The notes beneath the pieces were generated by a model that had not been told where the DNA came from, ran no database searches, and was given only the letters and a program-made list of their open reading frames with translations. From Nitrososphaeria archaeon (GTDB taxonomy: Archaea > Thermoproteota > Nitrososphaeria > Conexivisphaerales > UBA164), in NCBI GenBank assembly GCA_029775955.1, contig JARVJW010000085.1, forward strand, positions 1 through 32,546: a stretch of DNA of 32,546 nt. Reading direction: 5' to 3'. The position numbers and the translations under genes were made by a program. Positions 16,370 to 29,301 of this stretch are shown in pieces (the first letter of the stretch is position 1; every line of letters begins with the position of its first letter).

Positions 16370-17692
16370 AGCGTGTGGGCTTCCTCTGCGTTTATGTAAT
16401 TCTGCAGAGGATGTGTTTTATCGGTTCTCAGTTCATCGAGAGTTGCCTCCCGTTGAGGTCTTACACTCTCTCCCTGAGCGTAAATTCGGGCAAGTCCTGC
16501 CCTACCTCTTTTGAGTATATTTATGGCTGCGTTGATATCCCTATCCATTGATATCCCGCACCTATTACAGACATACGTCCTTTCAGAAAGCGGCATGTCC
16601 TGAACGTTACCACAATTGCTGCACTCCTTTGACGTGTTTCTCGGATTCACCTTGACTACTCTCAAACCAGCACTTTCAGCCTTGTATGAGAGCAGTTGGA
16701 TGAACCTGTTCCATGAAGCGTCCTGTACCGAACCCGCTAACTTGTGGTCCTTCATCATGTTTTGGATATGAAGGCCTTCCACAACGAATGAAGTGTAGCC
16801 AGAACTGACGAGCGCATGTGAAAGCTTATGCAGATAGTCGTTTGACTGGTTTTTGGAATGTTCATATATTATTTGGAGGCGCTCCTTTGCCTTCTCCCTC
16901 CTTTTTGAGCCCTTGTTCCTCCTTGCGATTATCCTTTGCCACCTTGCAATCCTCTTCCTTTTTTCTCGCATGAACTTCGGCTTTTGTATTTTTGTTCCGC
17001 CTGAGAGCGCAATAAAAGAGTTCAGCCCCAGGTCCATCCCTACGGGGTTGGTATCCTCCACTTCTGGGCGTTTGATTTCATTAATTGTGACGAAGGTCGC
17101 ATAATAACTTCTTCCTTTATCGCAAGCGTCTTGACCGTGCCCTCTATCTTCCTATGCAATTTTATTGGCATCGTCCCTATCCTTGAGACCCTTAGCCTTC
17201 CTTATTATTGAAAAGGAGCCGTTGTCCTGAGGATATGTTATTGACCTGTATCTGTCCCTTGATTTGAACCTTGGGAAGCCCGCCTTCCCCTCCTTTATCC
17301 TCCTGAAGAAGTTCTGGTATGCCCTTAGAAGCCTGAATTTTATATCTAATCTTGTCTGCGAATACAGCTTCAGGTATTCCCTGTCCTCCTGGATTATTTC
17401 CTTCGCGAACCTATTGAGTTGAGCCATCGAAATCTTTGTATTCCCGTTCTTATAGGATTCTATTGACTTTTCAAGGAGCCTGTTGTAGAACTGCTGGGCA
17501 AGGATTAGAAGTTCATCTACCTTCTCCTGCGTTGTAACATTAGGATAGATTCTGAACTTGTATGCCCTTATCAGTTCCATACAATTTATATTTTTATTCA
17601 TGTTTATAAGCCCTGCTATGGTTCGCTTTTACCCATAAATGGTGTGGGATTTCTCGCTCGCAAGGTTAAACAGCTACACTAATCCCTATAAG
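16350..17692 (-). mobile_element. IS605-type element C (tnpB only, no tnpA) with right-end hairpin and left-end motif
   Basis: The right end is GAAGCCCACACGCTTTAGCCGTGGGAGGATGTCA (rc of 16350-16383). It shares ...GGAGGATGTCA with 1099-1109 and diverges immediately afterwards, which sets the boundary at 16350. The left-end motif gggatttctcgctcgcaaggttaaacagct lies at 17646-17675. The outer left boundary is approximate. Confidence 0.7.
16366..17601 (-). pseudogene. tnpB: TnpB (IS605 OrfB) with two compensating frameshifts; RuvC and zinc-ribbon motifs are otherwise intact
   Basis: N-terminal part: ELIRAYKFRIYPNVTTQEKVDELL...GFPRFKSRDRYRSITYPQDNGSFSI. C-terminal part: YYATFVTINE...VGMDLGLNSF (RuvC-I Asp), SFVVEGLHIQNM (Glu), CSNCG...CNRCGISMDRDINAAINIL (ribbon plus Asp). 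The whole 1236-nt span is one frame with a single TAG at 17151-17149. However, the family-typical RLRVSRIGTMPIKLHRKIEGTVKTLAIKEE is encoded in a different frame between about 17200 and 17112. Confidence 0.85.
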
Positions 17693-17789
17693 CAAATATA
17701 ACCGGTATACATCTTTACAAGCCAGCATAGTTGATATATATTATAGAAAGCTTTGTACAATAAGTGTACACTTGATCACGTTGAGGATT

Positions 17790-19209
17790 TGGGACAGGCA
17801 GGGCAAGATAAAATGTATAAGGCTTTTAAACAGGTACGATACCTGAAAGGGTAATTGGAAAAAAAGAAGAAAGATTTGAAGCTGTAAGGGTTTCATCAAG
17901 GGACCAGAAGAACGATTTATGAGCGCAAATCTAAAGGCTTATAGCTGTGGCAAATGGTATTCAATGTCAGGAGCGGATTTTCAATAATGGCTTAACCGAG
18001 GTAATGAAACTTGTGGAGGAAAACAAGGTGTCAACGCACAGGCTCGTAAGGTTTGGTTAAGTATATGTAAAATTCATGGAACTGAGACCGTGGATGGTGA
18101 GGAAACCCTGTCGGCCCAGGAAGAGCTTACAAGGGACTTGATTTCAATCATAACTTTTCAATCATTTACGGATTTCGGTCGCATAAGGCAAAGGAAATAC
18201 TGAAGGCGATAAAATCATGAACCATTTATGGAAATTCAAAAGAGGACAATTGTTTGGACTATGAACCACAGAAGGAAGTACCTCACCATATGCAGAATGT
18301 GATAAGGCGGTTCTTGAGGTTGCCTATGAAATGGCTATACATTATTGCAATAGGATACCTTCGCCAATTACATTGAGGTCAAGCCATGGTTCGTGTCAAA
18401 TTACGATTATGCAATTCACCACCTCAACCCCGTTTCCGCCGTTGCCTGATAATATAAGAAAAACAATCATGGCTAGCTGAGGATACCTGTTGTGAAGAAG
18501 CTTGAAATGAGGATTGACGGCGAGCTGTTCAAGGTGACAAAGTAACGCTCCAGCCCGGGCATTACGCTTACGTCCAAATAACAACTGAGAATAAACACAG
18601 TAAAAGCTGAGATATAATTTTGTGTGTGTTAACCATATCGGAAAGGACCCTGGCTTCGTTGCGCATGACTTTTCCGCTATAGATTTCACGTTTGCTGAGT
18701 GATGACAGGCCTGTGCTAAAAGGAACTGACATAGCACACATACAGAACGACTCCGGGAGGAAGAAGCTACAAGCGCAATAAAGGGAAGAAGTACAGAAAA
18801 TCAGTTCAAGCAGGCAGAACTATGTAAATGATGCCTTGCTACTGTGAAGGAAAACCCAGCGCATCATTTGTATTTGAAGTCTTGGACTAGTGGAAGCAAC
18901 AGGAAGTTCAGGGGAAAGTTGAACAAATGAAAGGCTTACCAAAAGATGATTGAATGCAAGTCCCAATATGTTTACGTGAACTCAAGGGGGACTTCAGAGT
19001 GTCCTGCAAGTGGTGATAAGTTGGGATATCGAAATGCGAAACATGTGACATTGACCAATAGGCTGGCTTGCCATAACCCTGCGGCTACCGTGAGTGCGGA
19101 TGGCCTTTGAATGATGGATACCTGCACACTAGACACTAGCCCAGTAGCCGGAGCTGGCTTTCAATGCTCCAAATGAGTTAGAGGAATTTATAACCTTTCA
19201 GAAACGGCA
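17790..19209 (+). mobile_element. IS607-type element E1, strongly decayed: serine-recombinase tnpA remnant (~17813-18215) plus tnpB remnant (18217-19110) plus 3' tail
   Basis: The tnpA patchwork reads MYKAFKQ.., ..AVRVSSRDQKNDL.. (catalytic Ser box), ..MKLVEENKVS.., ..KIHGTE..VV..E..QEELTRDLISIIT.FS..YGFRSHKAKEILKAIK. The tnpB part aligns with 21287-22345 but has many deletions. The 3' tail is shared with E2 up to ...cctttcagaaacggca (19209). The left boundary is approximate. Confidence 0.65.
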
Positions 19210-19241
19210 CAACAAACATAAATACCATTTTATGTAAATAA

Positions 19242-20567
19242 GTGCTGATGAGCTACACCGAACATTCTAAAAGGGTATTCCTGAATACCGGAACTAGGTT
19301 TCAGCGGTCAATAATCTGGTCCATGGGGGCTGTAAAGTTGGCTGCAGCGCGGGCAAACGTTTCGCTGGGAATAATGAAACAGGATATGGGCCAGGCAATA
19401 GAAAAAGCCGCGCTTGAGCTTATGGATGGATTGCATGATGAAGAAATAACTGTTGATGTATTTCAGACAGGGTCTGGCACAGGCATAAACATGAACGTTA
19501 ACGAAGTAATTTCAAAAAGGGCCACAGAAATTCTTGGGTCAAAGGTGCATCCAAACGATCACGTGAATATGTCCCAATCATCTAACGATGTTGTTCCTAC
19601 AGCAATAAGGGTCGCAGCTGCAAGGGATGCGCTTTTATACCTAATCCCTTCTTTAAAGGAACTTGTAAGCTCCTTAAATGCTGCAGCACAGAGGTCATCA
19701 GAGATATATAAACCGGGACGAACTCACCTAAGGGATGCGCTTCCTGTTACTCTGGGACAGGAACTAAGTGCCTATGCTAAAGCTTTTGAAAGGGATTCGC
19801 AAGTTATTTCTGCATCTGTCAATGATGTAAAGGAATTGCCAATAGGTGGAACTGCAGTTGGAACAGGTATCAATTCACCTGTTGAATTTAGTGAAACTGT
19901 GATAAGGGAACTAAATAAAATTATGGACCTGAATTACAGAATGGCGGATAACAGATTTATGAGAATGAGGTTGTTGACAGATCTTGTGAACCTTTCAGGC
20001 TCAATAAGGGGAACATCACTTGACCTTTACAGAATCTCACAGGATCTTAGGTTGATGTTTTCAGGACCAATGACAGGCATTAATGAAATAGACATACCGA
20101 GTCAGGAGGAAGTTGCAGGAAGCAGCATAATGCCAGGCAAAACCAACCCGGTCACTGTAGAATCTTGCCTTCAATCTTCAGTTCAAATTATGGGCATTGA
20201 CCATGCGGTACAACTTGCTGGTATGCTGGGTGAATTTGAATTAAGCATGGGCATTCCGTTAACTGGATATGATGTGATACTTGAAATAGGGCTGCTCAGT
20301 GAATCGGTTATAAAGATGGCCAAAGTCGTAATAGATAATATTGTTCCAAATAAGGAAAGGGCTAGGAGGCTTGCTGAAAGCAGCCCCTCTCTTATAACAA
20401 TAATTTCGCCATACATAGGGTATGACAAAGCTTCTAAAATAGGCAAGCAACTTGCAAAGGGGTTATCTCTGAGGGATGCTCTAAAGGAACTGGGATACAA
20501 AGATAAGGAAATTGATTCAATGCTTGACATGAAAAAATTAGTGAAAGGCGGATTCATTAATAAATAA
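19242..20567 (+). CDS. fumC: Class II fumarate hydratase (FumC/aspartase superfamily, fumarase-like signatures)
   Basis: A 441-aa ORF (GTG at 19242; an alternative ATG at 19248). Fumarase-type motifs are [28 protein letters not shown] and [11 protein letters not shown]. Compared with my memory of E. coli FumC, it lacks about 20 N-terminal residues. Confidence 0.9.
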   Translation: MLMSYTEHSKRVFLNTGTRFQRSIIWSMGAVKLAAARANVSLGIMKQDMGQAIEKAALELMDGLHDEEITVDVFQTGSGTGINMNVNEVISKRATEILGSKVHPNDHVNMSQSSNDVVPTAIRVAAARDALLYLIPSLKELVSSLNAAAQRSSEIYKPGRTHLRDALPVTLGQELSAYAKAFERDSQVISASVNDVKELPIGGTAVGTGINSPVEFSETVIRELNKIMDLNYRMADNRFMRMRLLTDLVNLSGSIRGTSLDLYRISQDLRLMFSGPMTGINEIDIPSQEEVAGSSIMPGKTNPVTVESCLQSSVQIMGIDHAVQLAGMLGEFELSMGIPLTGYDVILEIGLLSESVIKMAKVVIDNIVPNKERARRLAESSPSLITIISPYIGYDKASKIGKQLAKGLSLRDALKELGYKDKEIDSMLDMKKLVKGGFINK

Positions 20568-20575
20568 ACTTAGCC

Positions 20576-21135
20576 AACTACTAACCCCTTTGTCGCTTGC
20601 CTCCCCTCAGGCATGGATTCACTTAGCTAACGATTAGCTTGTTGAGAGCAGCACTAAGATTTACCTTCAATGTTCATTGAGGCATTTAATCAAAAACCAC
20701 AGTTCAGGCAATTAAAAGACCCTTTCTATTGTTCTTATTGGTATAACCACATTTTGAGCATTTATGTGTATATCTTGTTCACAAACAACATAGATTTGCC
20801 CATAGCTTTGTATTTAATAAATTGCTTAAGGAGACTGAGCTTGAATCTCCTTCCCCTGTTTTTCATCTTCTTTGGCTCAAGACGTCAAATGACATGTTTT
20901 GATATTACACGGTTAAGCACGAACCGTCTCTGCGGTGAGCAGAACGAGTGCCCACGTGCTGTAATTTCTTTCCGTCGTATTGATACTACCCCTAGCTTTG
21001 AGTTGAAGAGCTTTGACAGAACAGCTACCTATCTGTCCCACAAATTTTACCCCTTTTCTACCTTAACCAGTAAGGACATTTTCATTTATGGTGAGCTGCC
21101 TGCTGCAATTGATTGCACCATGGTCCAAAATAGAT
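20576..21135 (-). pseudogene. tnpB: TnpB-like remnant F2 (longer paralogue of F1)
   Basis: See F1. The right end ...GGGGTTAGTAGTT starts 8 nt after the fumC stop. The zinc ribbon CSKCG...CLNCGF is recognisable, with multiple stops. The upper boundary is approximate, where E2 begins. Confidence 0.6.
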
Positions 21136-21286
21136 TACAGGAATGACATGCCTGAGGGCAAATGTATGGATTTGCTTCAAAATGATAATGCTGAACAGGT
21201 GATAAGGGTTAGAAACAGACACGATGATCTTTATAAGGAGCTATAACATATATGAAGATAAAGGAAATACTGAAGGTGATAAAGCC

Positions 21287-22345
21287 ATGAGCCATCCATG
21301 GAAATCCAGGGGGGACAATTGTCGAGTACTATGAGCCACAAGAGGACGTAATAAAGTACCTCACGGACATGCATAATATGATAAGGCACGCCCTTGAGGT
21401 TGCCTATGAAATGGCTATACATTATTGCAATAGGATACCTTCGCCAATTGCATTGAGGTCAAGCCATGGTTCGCGTCAAACTATGATTTTGCGATTCACC
21501 ACCTCAACCCCGTTTCTGCCGTTGCCTGATAATACAAGAAGAACCATCATGGCGAGCTGAGGATACCTGTTGTGAAGAAGCTTGAAATGAGGATTGACGG
21601 CGAGCTGTTCAAGGTTGAGGGCGATAGAGTAAGGGTAACGTTCCCCGGGCATTACGCTTACGTCCCAATAAACACTGAGAACAAGCACTACCATGAATAC
21701 AGCAAGGGCAAAGCTTCAGAACTCTTGCTGACTGACAATTTTGTATGTGTTAACCATATCGGAAAGGAGCCTAGCTTCGTGGCGCAGGACTTCACGATAG
21801 ATTCCACGTTTGCGACGGTGAATGCTGGTAGGCCTGCGCTGAAAGGAACTGACACACAGAGCATTTCTGACATAGCGCACATACAGAATGACTTCAGGAG
21901 GAGGAAGAGCCTGCAGAAGCACATACACAACAAACAGAAGTACAGGAAACTGCGCCAGGCCAGAGGTAGGCAGAAGAACCGTGTCAATGATGCCCTGCAA
22001 AAGCTAACTACGGAGATGGTAAAGGAAAACCCAGGCGCATCGTTTGTCTTTGAAGACTTGAACGGAATAAGGACTAGTGGAAACAACAAGGGCAGGAAGT
22101 TCAGGACAAAGTTGAACAAGTGGCCATATAGGCTTTACCAGAAGATGATTGAATACAAGTCCTCATTCAAGACCGTTTATGTGAACCCAAGAGGAACTTC
22201 AGAGTGTCCTGTCTGTGGTGATAAACTGAAGCACCAGGCTTGGGGGATATCGAAATGCGAAACCTGTGGCATGGACTACGACAGGGATAGGCTGGCCATA
22301 ACCCTGCGTGGCCTGCGGCTACCCGTGAGTGCGGATGGCCTTTGA
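21287..22345 (+). pseudogene. tnpB: TnpB-like (Sulfolobus ISC19xx OrfB-like) with at least 2 frameshifts and an in-frame TGA-TAA
   Basis: From the ATG at 21287 the frames give MSHPWKSRG.. / ..VEYYEPQEDVIKYLTDMHNMIRHALEVAYEMAIHYCNRIPSPIALR / IEVKPWFASNYDFAIHHLNPVSAVA-TGA-TAA-YKKNHHGELRIPV, then the 257-aa ORF 21572-22345. That ORF contains SFVFEDLNGIR (RuvC Glu), CPVCG...CETCGMDYDRDRLA (ribbon plus Asp) and VAQDFTID (probable RuvC-I). Confidence 0.8.
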
Positions 22346-22451
22346 ATGATGGATACCTGCACACTAGACACTAGCCCAGTAGCCGGAGCTGGCTTGAAGG
22401 TCAACGCTCCGAATGAAGGTTATAAGAAATTATAACCTTTCAGAAACGGCA
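22300..22451 (+). ncRNA. Candidate omega-RNA / right-end RNA scaffold of element E2 (extent speculative)
   Basis: The 106-nt non-coding tail after the tnpB stop is conserved with E1. It contains AGCC-ggagct-GGCT and a perfect 8-bp hairpin GGTTATAA-GAAA-TTATAACC (22418-22437) 14 nt before the element boundary. In characterised TnpB systems the guide RNA scaffold spans the tnpB 3' end and the right end. No expression data are available. Confidence 0.3.
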
Positions 22452-22704
22452 ATCCATAGGGCATAGAGACTTCATGTATGTAAGATGGGTTTGAGGCCAT
22501 CAAGCAGGAATTTTGTTGTAAGGGTTATTGCAGTGATCCTGTACAATGCTTAACAATCACTGCGTATGAATTCAGGCGCGCCGTTGAGAGGCTATAAGGG
22601 AAGGAACTGCAACCAAATGGTAGTGCACGATGAGGTTTAGCGGGAGCTAAATGGTTAAGCCTTGCATTTTTAGGCTATCATAAATCTAAATATATATTAT
22701 TATC

Positions 22705-22775
22705 ACTCTTTCATCTTTTTGCCAATGGACTTCTCGCTTACAAGGTTAAATGCTATAGCGCAATCCTATTACTAC
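22705..22775 (-). repeat. Solo left-end-type motif (copy 4) abutting the 3' end of tRNA-Val. Probably the edge of another decayed tnpB element occupying ~22452-22775.
   Basis: tggacttctcgcttacaaggttaaatgct (22726-22754) plus cactctttcatct (22705-22717) match the left-end regions at 17621-17675 and 549-604. No readable tnpB follows it. Confidence 0.45.
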
Positions 22776-22778
22776 CAG

Positions 22779-22853
22779 TGGGCTGACCAGGATTTGAACC
22801 TGGGACCTTCGCCGTGTAAGGGCGATGTGCTAACCAGGCTACACCATCAGCCC
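22779..22853 (-). tRNA. tRNA-Val (anticodon UAC), no encoded CCA
   Basis: The minus strand folds by hand into a 75-nt cloverleaf: GGGCTGA-TG-GTGT-AGCCTGGTTA-GCAC-A-TCGCC-CTTACAC-GGCGA-AGGTC-CCAGG-TTCAAAT-CCTGG-TCAGCCC-A. The acceptor stem is a perfect 7 bp, the T-loop is TTCAAAT, and the anticodon loop CT-TAC-AC gives UAC. Confidence 0.9.
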
Positions 22854-22897
22854 CACTGTACATAGGAATATTGACGGCTGATCACATCCAAGAAACG

Positions 22898-25940
<3,043 letters not shown>

Positions 25941-26091
25941 CTCAGATGTGATCAACTTTCGTCATTCCTATGTACAGTGTCATCACGGACCTATAAATCC
26001 GCTTCACTCTTCATCTGCAGGGTTAACTGCAGATTGCATATTTAATATCTGGTCACAGAACTTAGTAAGAGTTCAGGCCGGCAATGTATAT
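25941..26091 (-). other. 16S-23S internal transcribed spacer without tRNA. It consists essentially of the 3' strand of the 16S helix and the 5' strand of the 23S processing helix.
   Basis: 16S helix: 27618-27629 pairs with 26049-26060 (12 bp perfect), and 27597-27608 pairs with 26070-26081 (12 bp with one G-U). 23S helix: 25964-25979 pairs with 22854-22869 (16 bp perfect), and 25936-25956 pairs with 22877-22897. No cloverleaf can be drawn in the ~150-nt spacer. Confidence 0.8.
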
Positions 26092-27589
<1,498 letters not shown>

Positions 27590-28536
27590 CGCACTACCGG
27601 CCTAAACTCTATTTACCTTCTGTGACCAGCATCAGTTCCAACATCTGTATGTTGGATCTTCATTATTGTACGCGCACTTGGAGACCATTGCATCACAGTC
27701 AGGGCAAGAATATACCCATCTCTGCAATGATGCCCGTTTATGCGCGTTATAAATCTGCAATTTCCCCTTTATTAATTTTTACTAATTACATGAGACATGC
27801 CGTGCCCTGAAAATATTATAACCCCAGCATTCACGATCAGCACACTTTGGATAATAAAAAGGAAGATGGGCAACCGTAGCATAGCAAAAAGCAGCCTATA
27901 GCAAAAAAGCTGTAAATGCAAGCATTGCGCATAAACTGGTCAATCCTGGCAGCTTCCCAAAGGCCAGCTATAAAACACTTATTAGCTGATAGTGGTCAAA
28001 TATGGAATGCAGTGTACCTGGAGGAAATGGGCAAAGGTTTCTTTTCCACGATGCATCAGGTGTTAACGATACTGCAACAGAGGAAGCATGAAACACAGCA
28101 TGTCAAACTGACTGGTACAAAAAGCTGATCCAAGGTGCATGGGCAAGTATCTGATTGTATTTGTTGATTATCATTATTCAATGCTTGCAATTGGCTGCAT
28201 TTATGATAATGCCAAGCTGCTTGATAGATGCCCAGCAGCCAGGGGAGGTGTGATGGATCACAGTTCTATTCAAACTTAGGGTATGTTTCAGGTTGAGGAA
28301 CTGGAGGTTAAAGCGCATGGTTGTCCTTCGTGAAAGCAGACACAATGAGGGGAAAGGCTAGCCTGGCAAGCAGAATTTTCAGATTTGCAGGTTGTTCAAT
28401 AGCATTATTGGGCGCAACCGAATAAACAAAGGTATTACAAGTAAATGTTAACTGAGGGCTTCAGCATAGAAATAACGGCAAAAATGACGCTAAGTTCAGA
28501 ACAAGGTTTAAATTCAAACATTTTATAAAGCCGTTC

Positions 28537-29301
28537 ATGCAATGGATAGATTCCCATTCACACCATTACCTGACTTCCCTTTCAATATTGGATGAGCTAC
28601 ATCAGGGGGGGTTGTCAGGCGTGGTTGAAGCCAGCTGGGTGCCAATAAGGCCCACATCTTCTTCAACTTTAATTGATTTATACGCTTGGGTTGTAAACCG
28701 AGAAAAGGAAAGATTAAGTAAGATCGGCCTAAAGCCTATCCCTGCAATAGGCATACACCCCAGGTGCATCCCTACTGGCGAACTGGAACAATCATTAAAT
28801 TATGTTCAAACCTGGTTACAAATGGAGGACGTTAAGGCATTGGGCGAAGTGGGATTAGAAAGCGGTGATGACACGGAAGTCTACGTGCTTGAAAGACAAT
28901 TACGACTGGCAATGGCAGCTGATAAACCAGTCATCATGCACACACCAAAAAGCAATAAAAAAACTGTACTTAAAAAAATATTAAATGTAGTTGATGCCGT
29001 GTCTTTTCCCCCGGAAATGGTAGTTATAGATCATCTGAATTCTGAAGTTTATGATATGGTGCATAGCCTAAAAACATATTTTGGATTGTCAGTTCAACCA
29101 GGGAAGTTATCTGTAAATGAGTCATTTGATCTTGTCCAGAAACTTGATTTTGACAGGGTATTGATAAATTCAGATTCAAGCACCGAACCAAGTCAACCCA
29201 GCTGGCCTGCCCTGCTTTTGAACAAATTAGAGCTAAGTGAATTAAGTGAAGCTTCCAGAAAGATTGCACTTGAAAACCCTAAGAAATATTACAAAATTTA
29301 A
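28537..29301 (+). CDS. TatD-related metal-dependent hydrolase/DNase
   Basis: A 254-aa ORF. The N-terminal metal motif is WIDSHSHH, followed by ..ALGEVGLE.., ..PVIMHTP.. and ..LINSDS.., consistent with the TatD/amidohydrolase fold. A TATA-like tttaaatt lies about 27 nt upstream of the ATG. Confidence 0.75.
   Translation: MQWIDSHSHHYLTSLSILDELHQGGLSGVVEASWVPIRPTSSSTLIDLYAWVVNREKERLSKIGLKPIPAIGIHPRCIPTGELEQSLNYVQTWLQMEDVKALGEVGLESGDDTEVYVLERQLRLAMAADKPVIMHTPKSNKKTVLKKILNVVDAVSFPPEMVVIDHLNSEVYDMVHSLKTYFGLSVQPGKLSVNESFDLVQKLDFDRVLINSDSSTEPSQPSWPALLLNKLELSELSEASRKIALENPKKYYKI

Larger units (their letters stand above)
21140..22451 (+). mobile_element. IS607-type element E2: last ~100 nt of tnpA, a tnpB pseudogene and the 3' tail with terminal hairpin
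   Basis: Collinear with E1. The shared sequence ends at ...cctttcagaaacggca (22441-22451), after which the two loci diverge completely. Confidence 0.7.

Noticed and set aside
17149-17151. Single in-frame TAG in the tnpB as possible readthrough or pyrrolysine recoding
   Set aside because: The family-conserved peptide around this point is encoded in another frame, so the apparent single frame results from two compensating indels. Nothing else in the window suggests Pyl machinery.
27916-28128. 70-aa plus-strand ORF upstream of the rRNA operon
   Set aside because: It has no recognisable domain and no promoter or SD context. It is treated as part of the unexplained region rather than as a gene.
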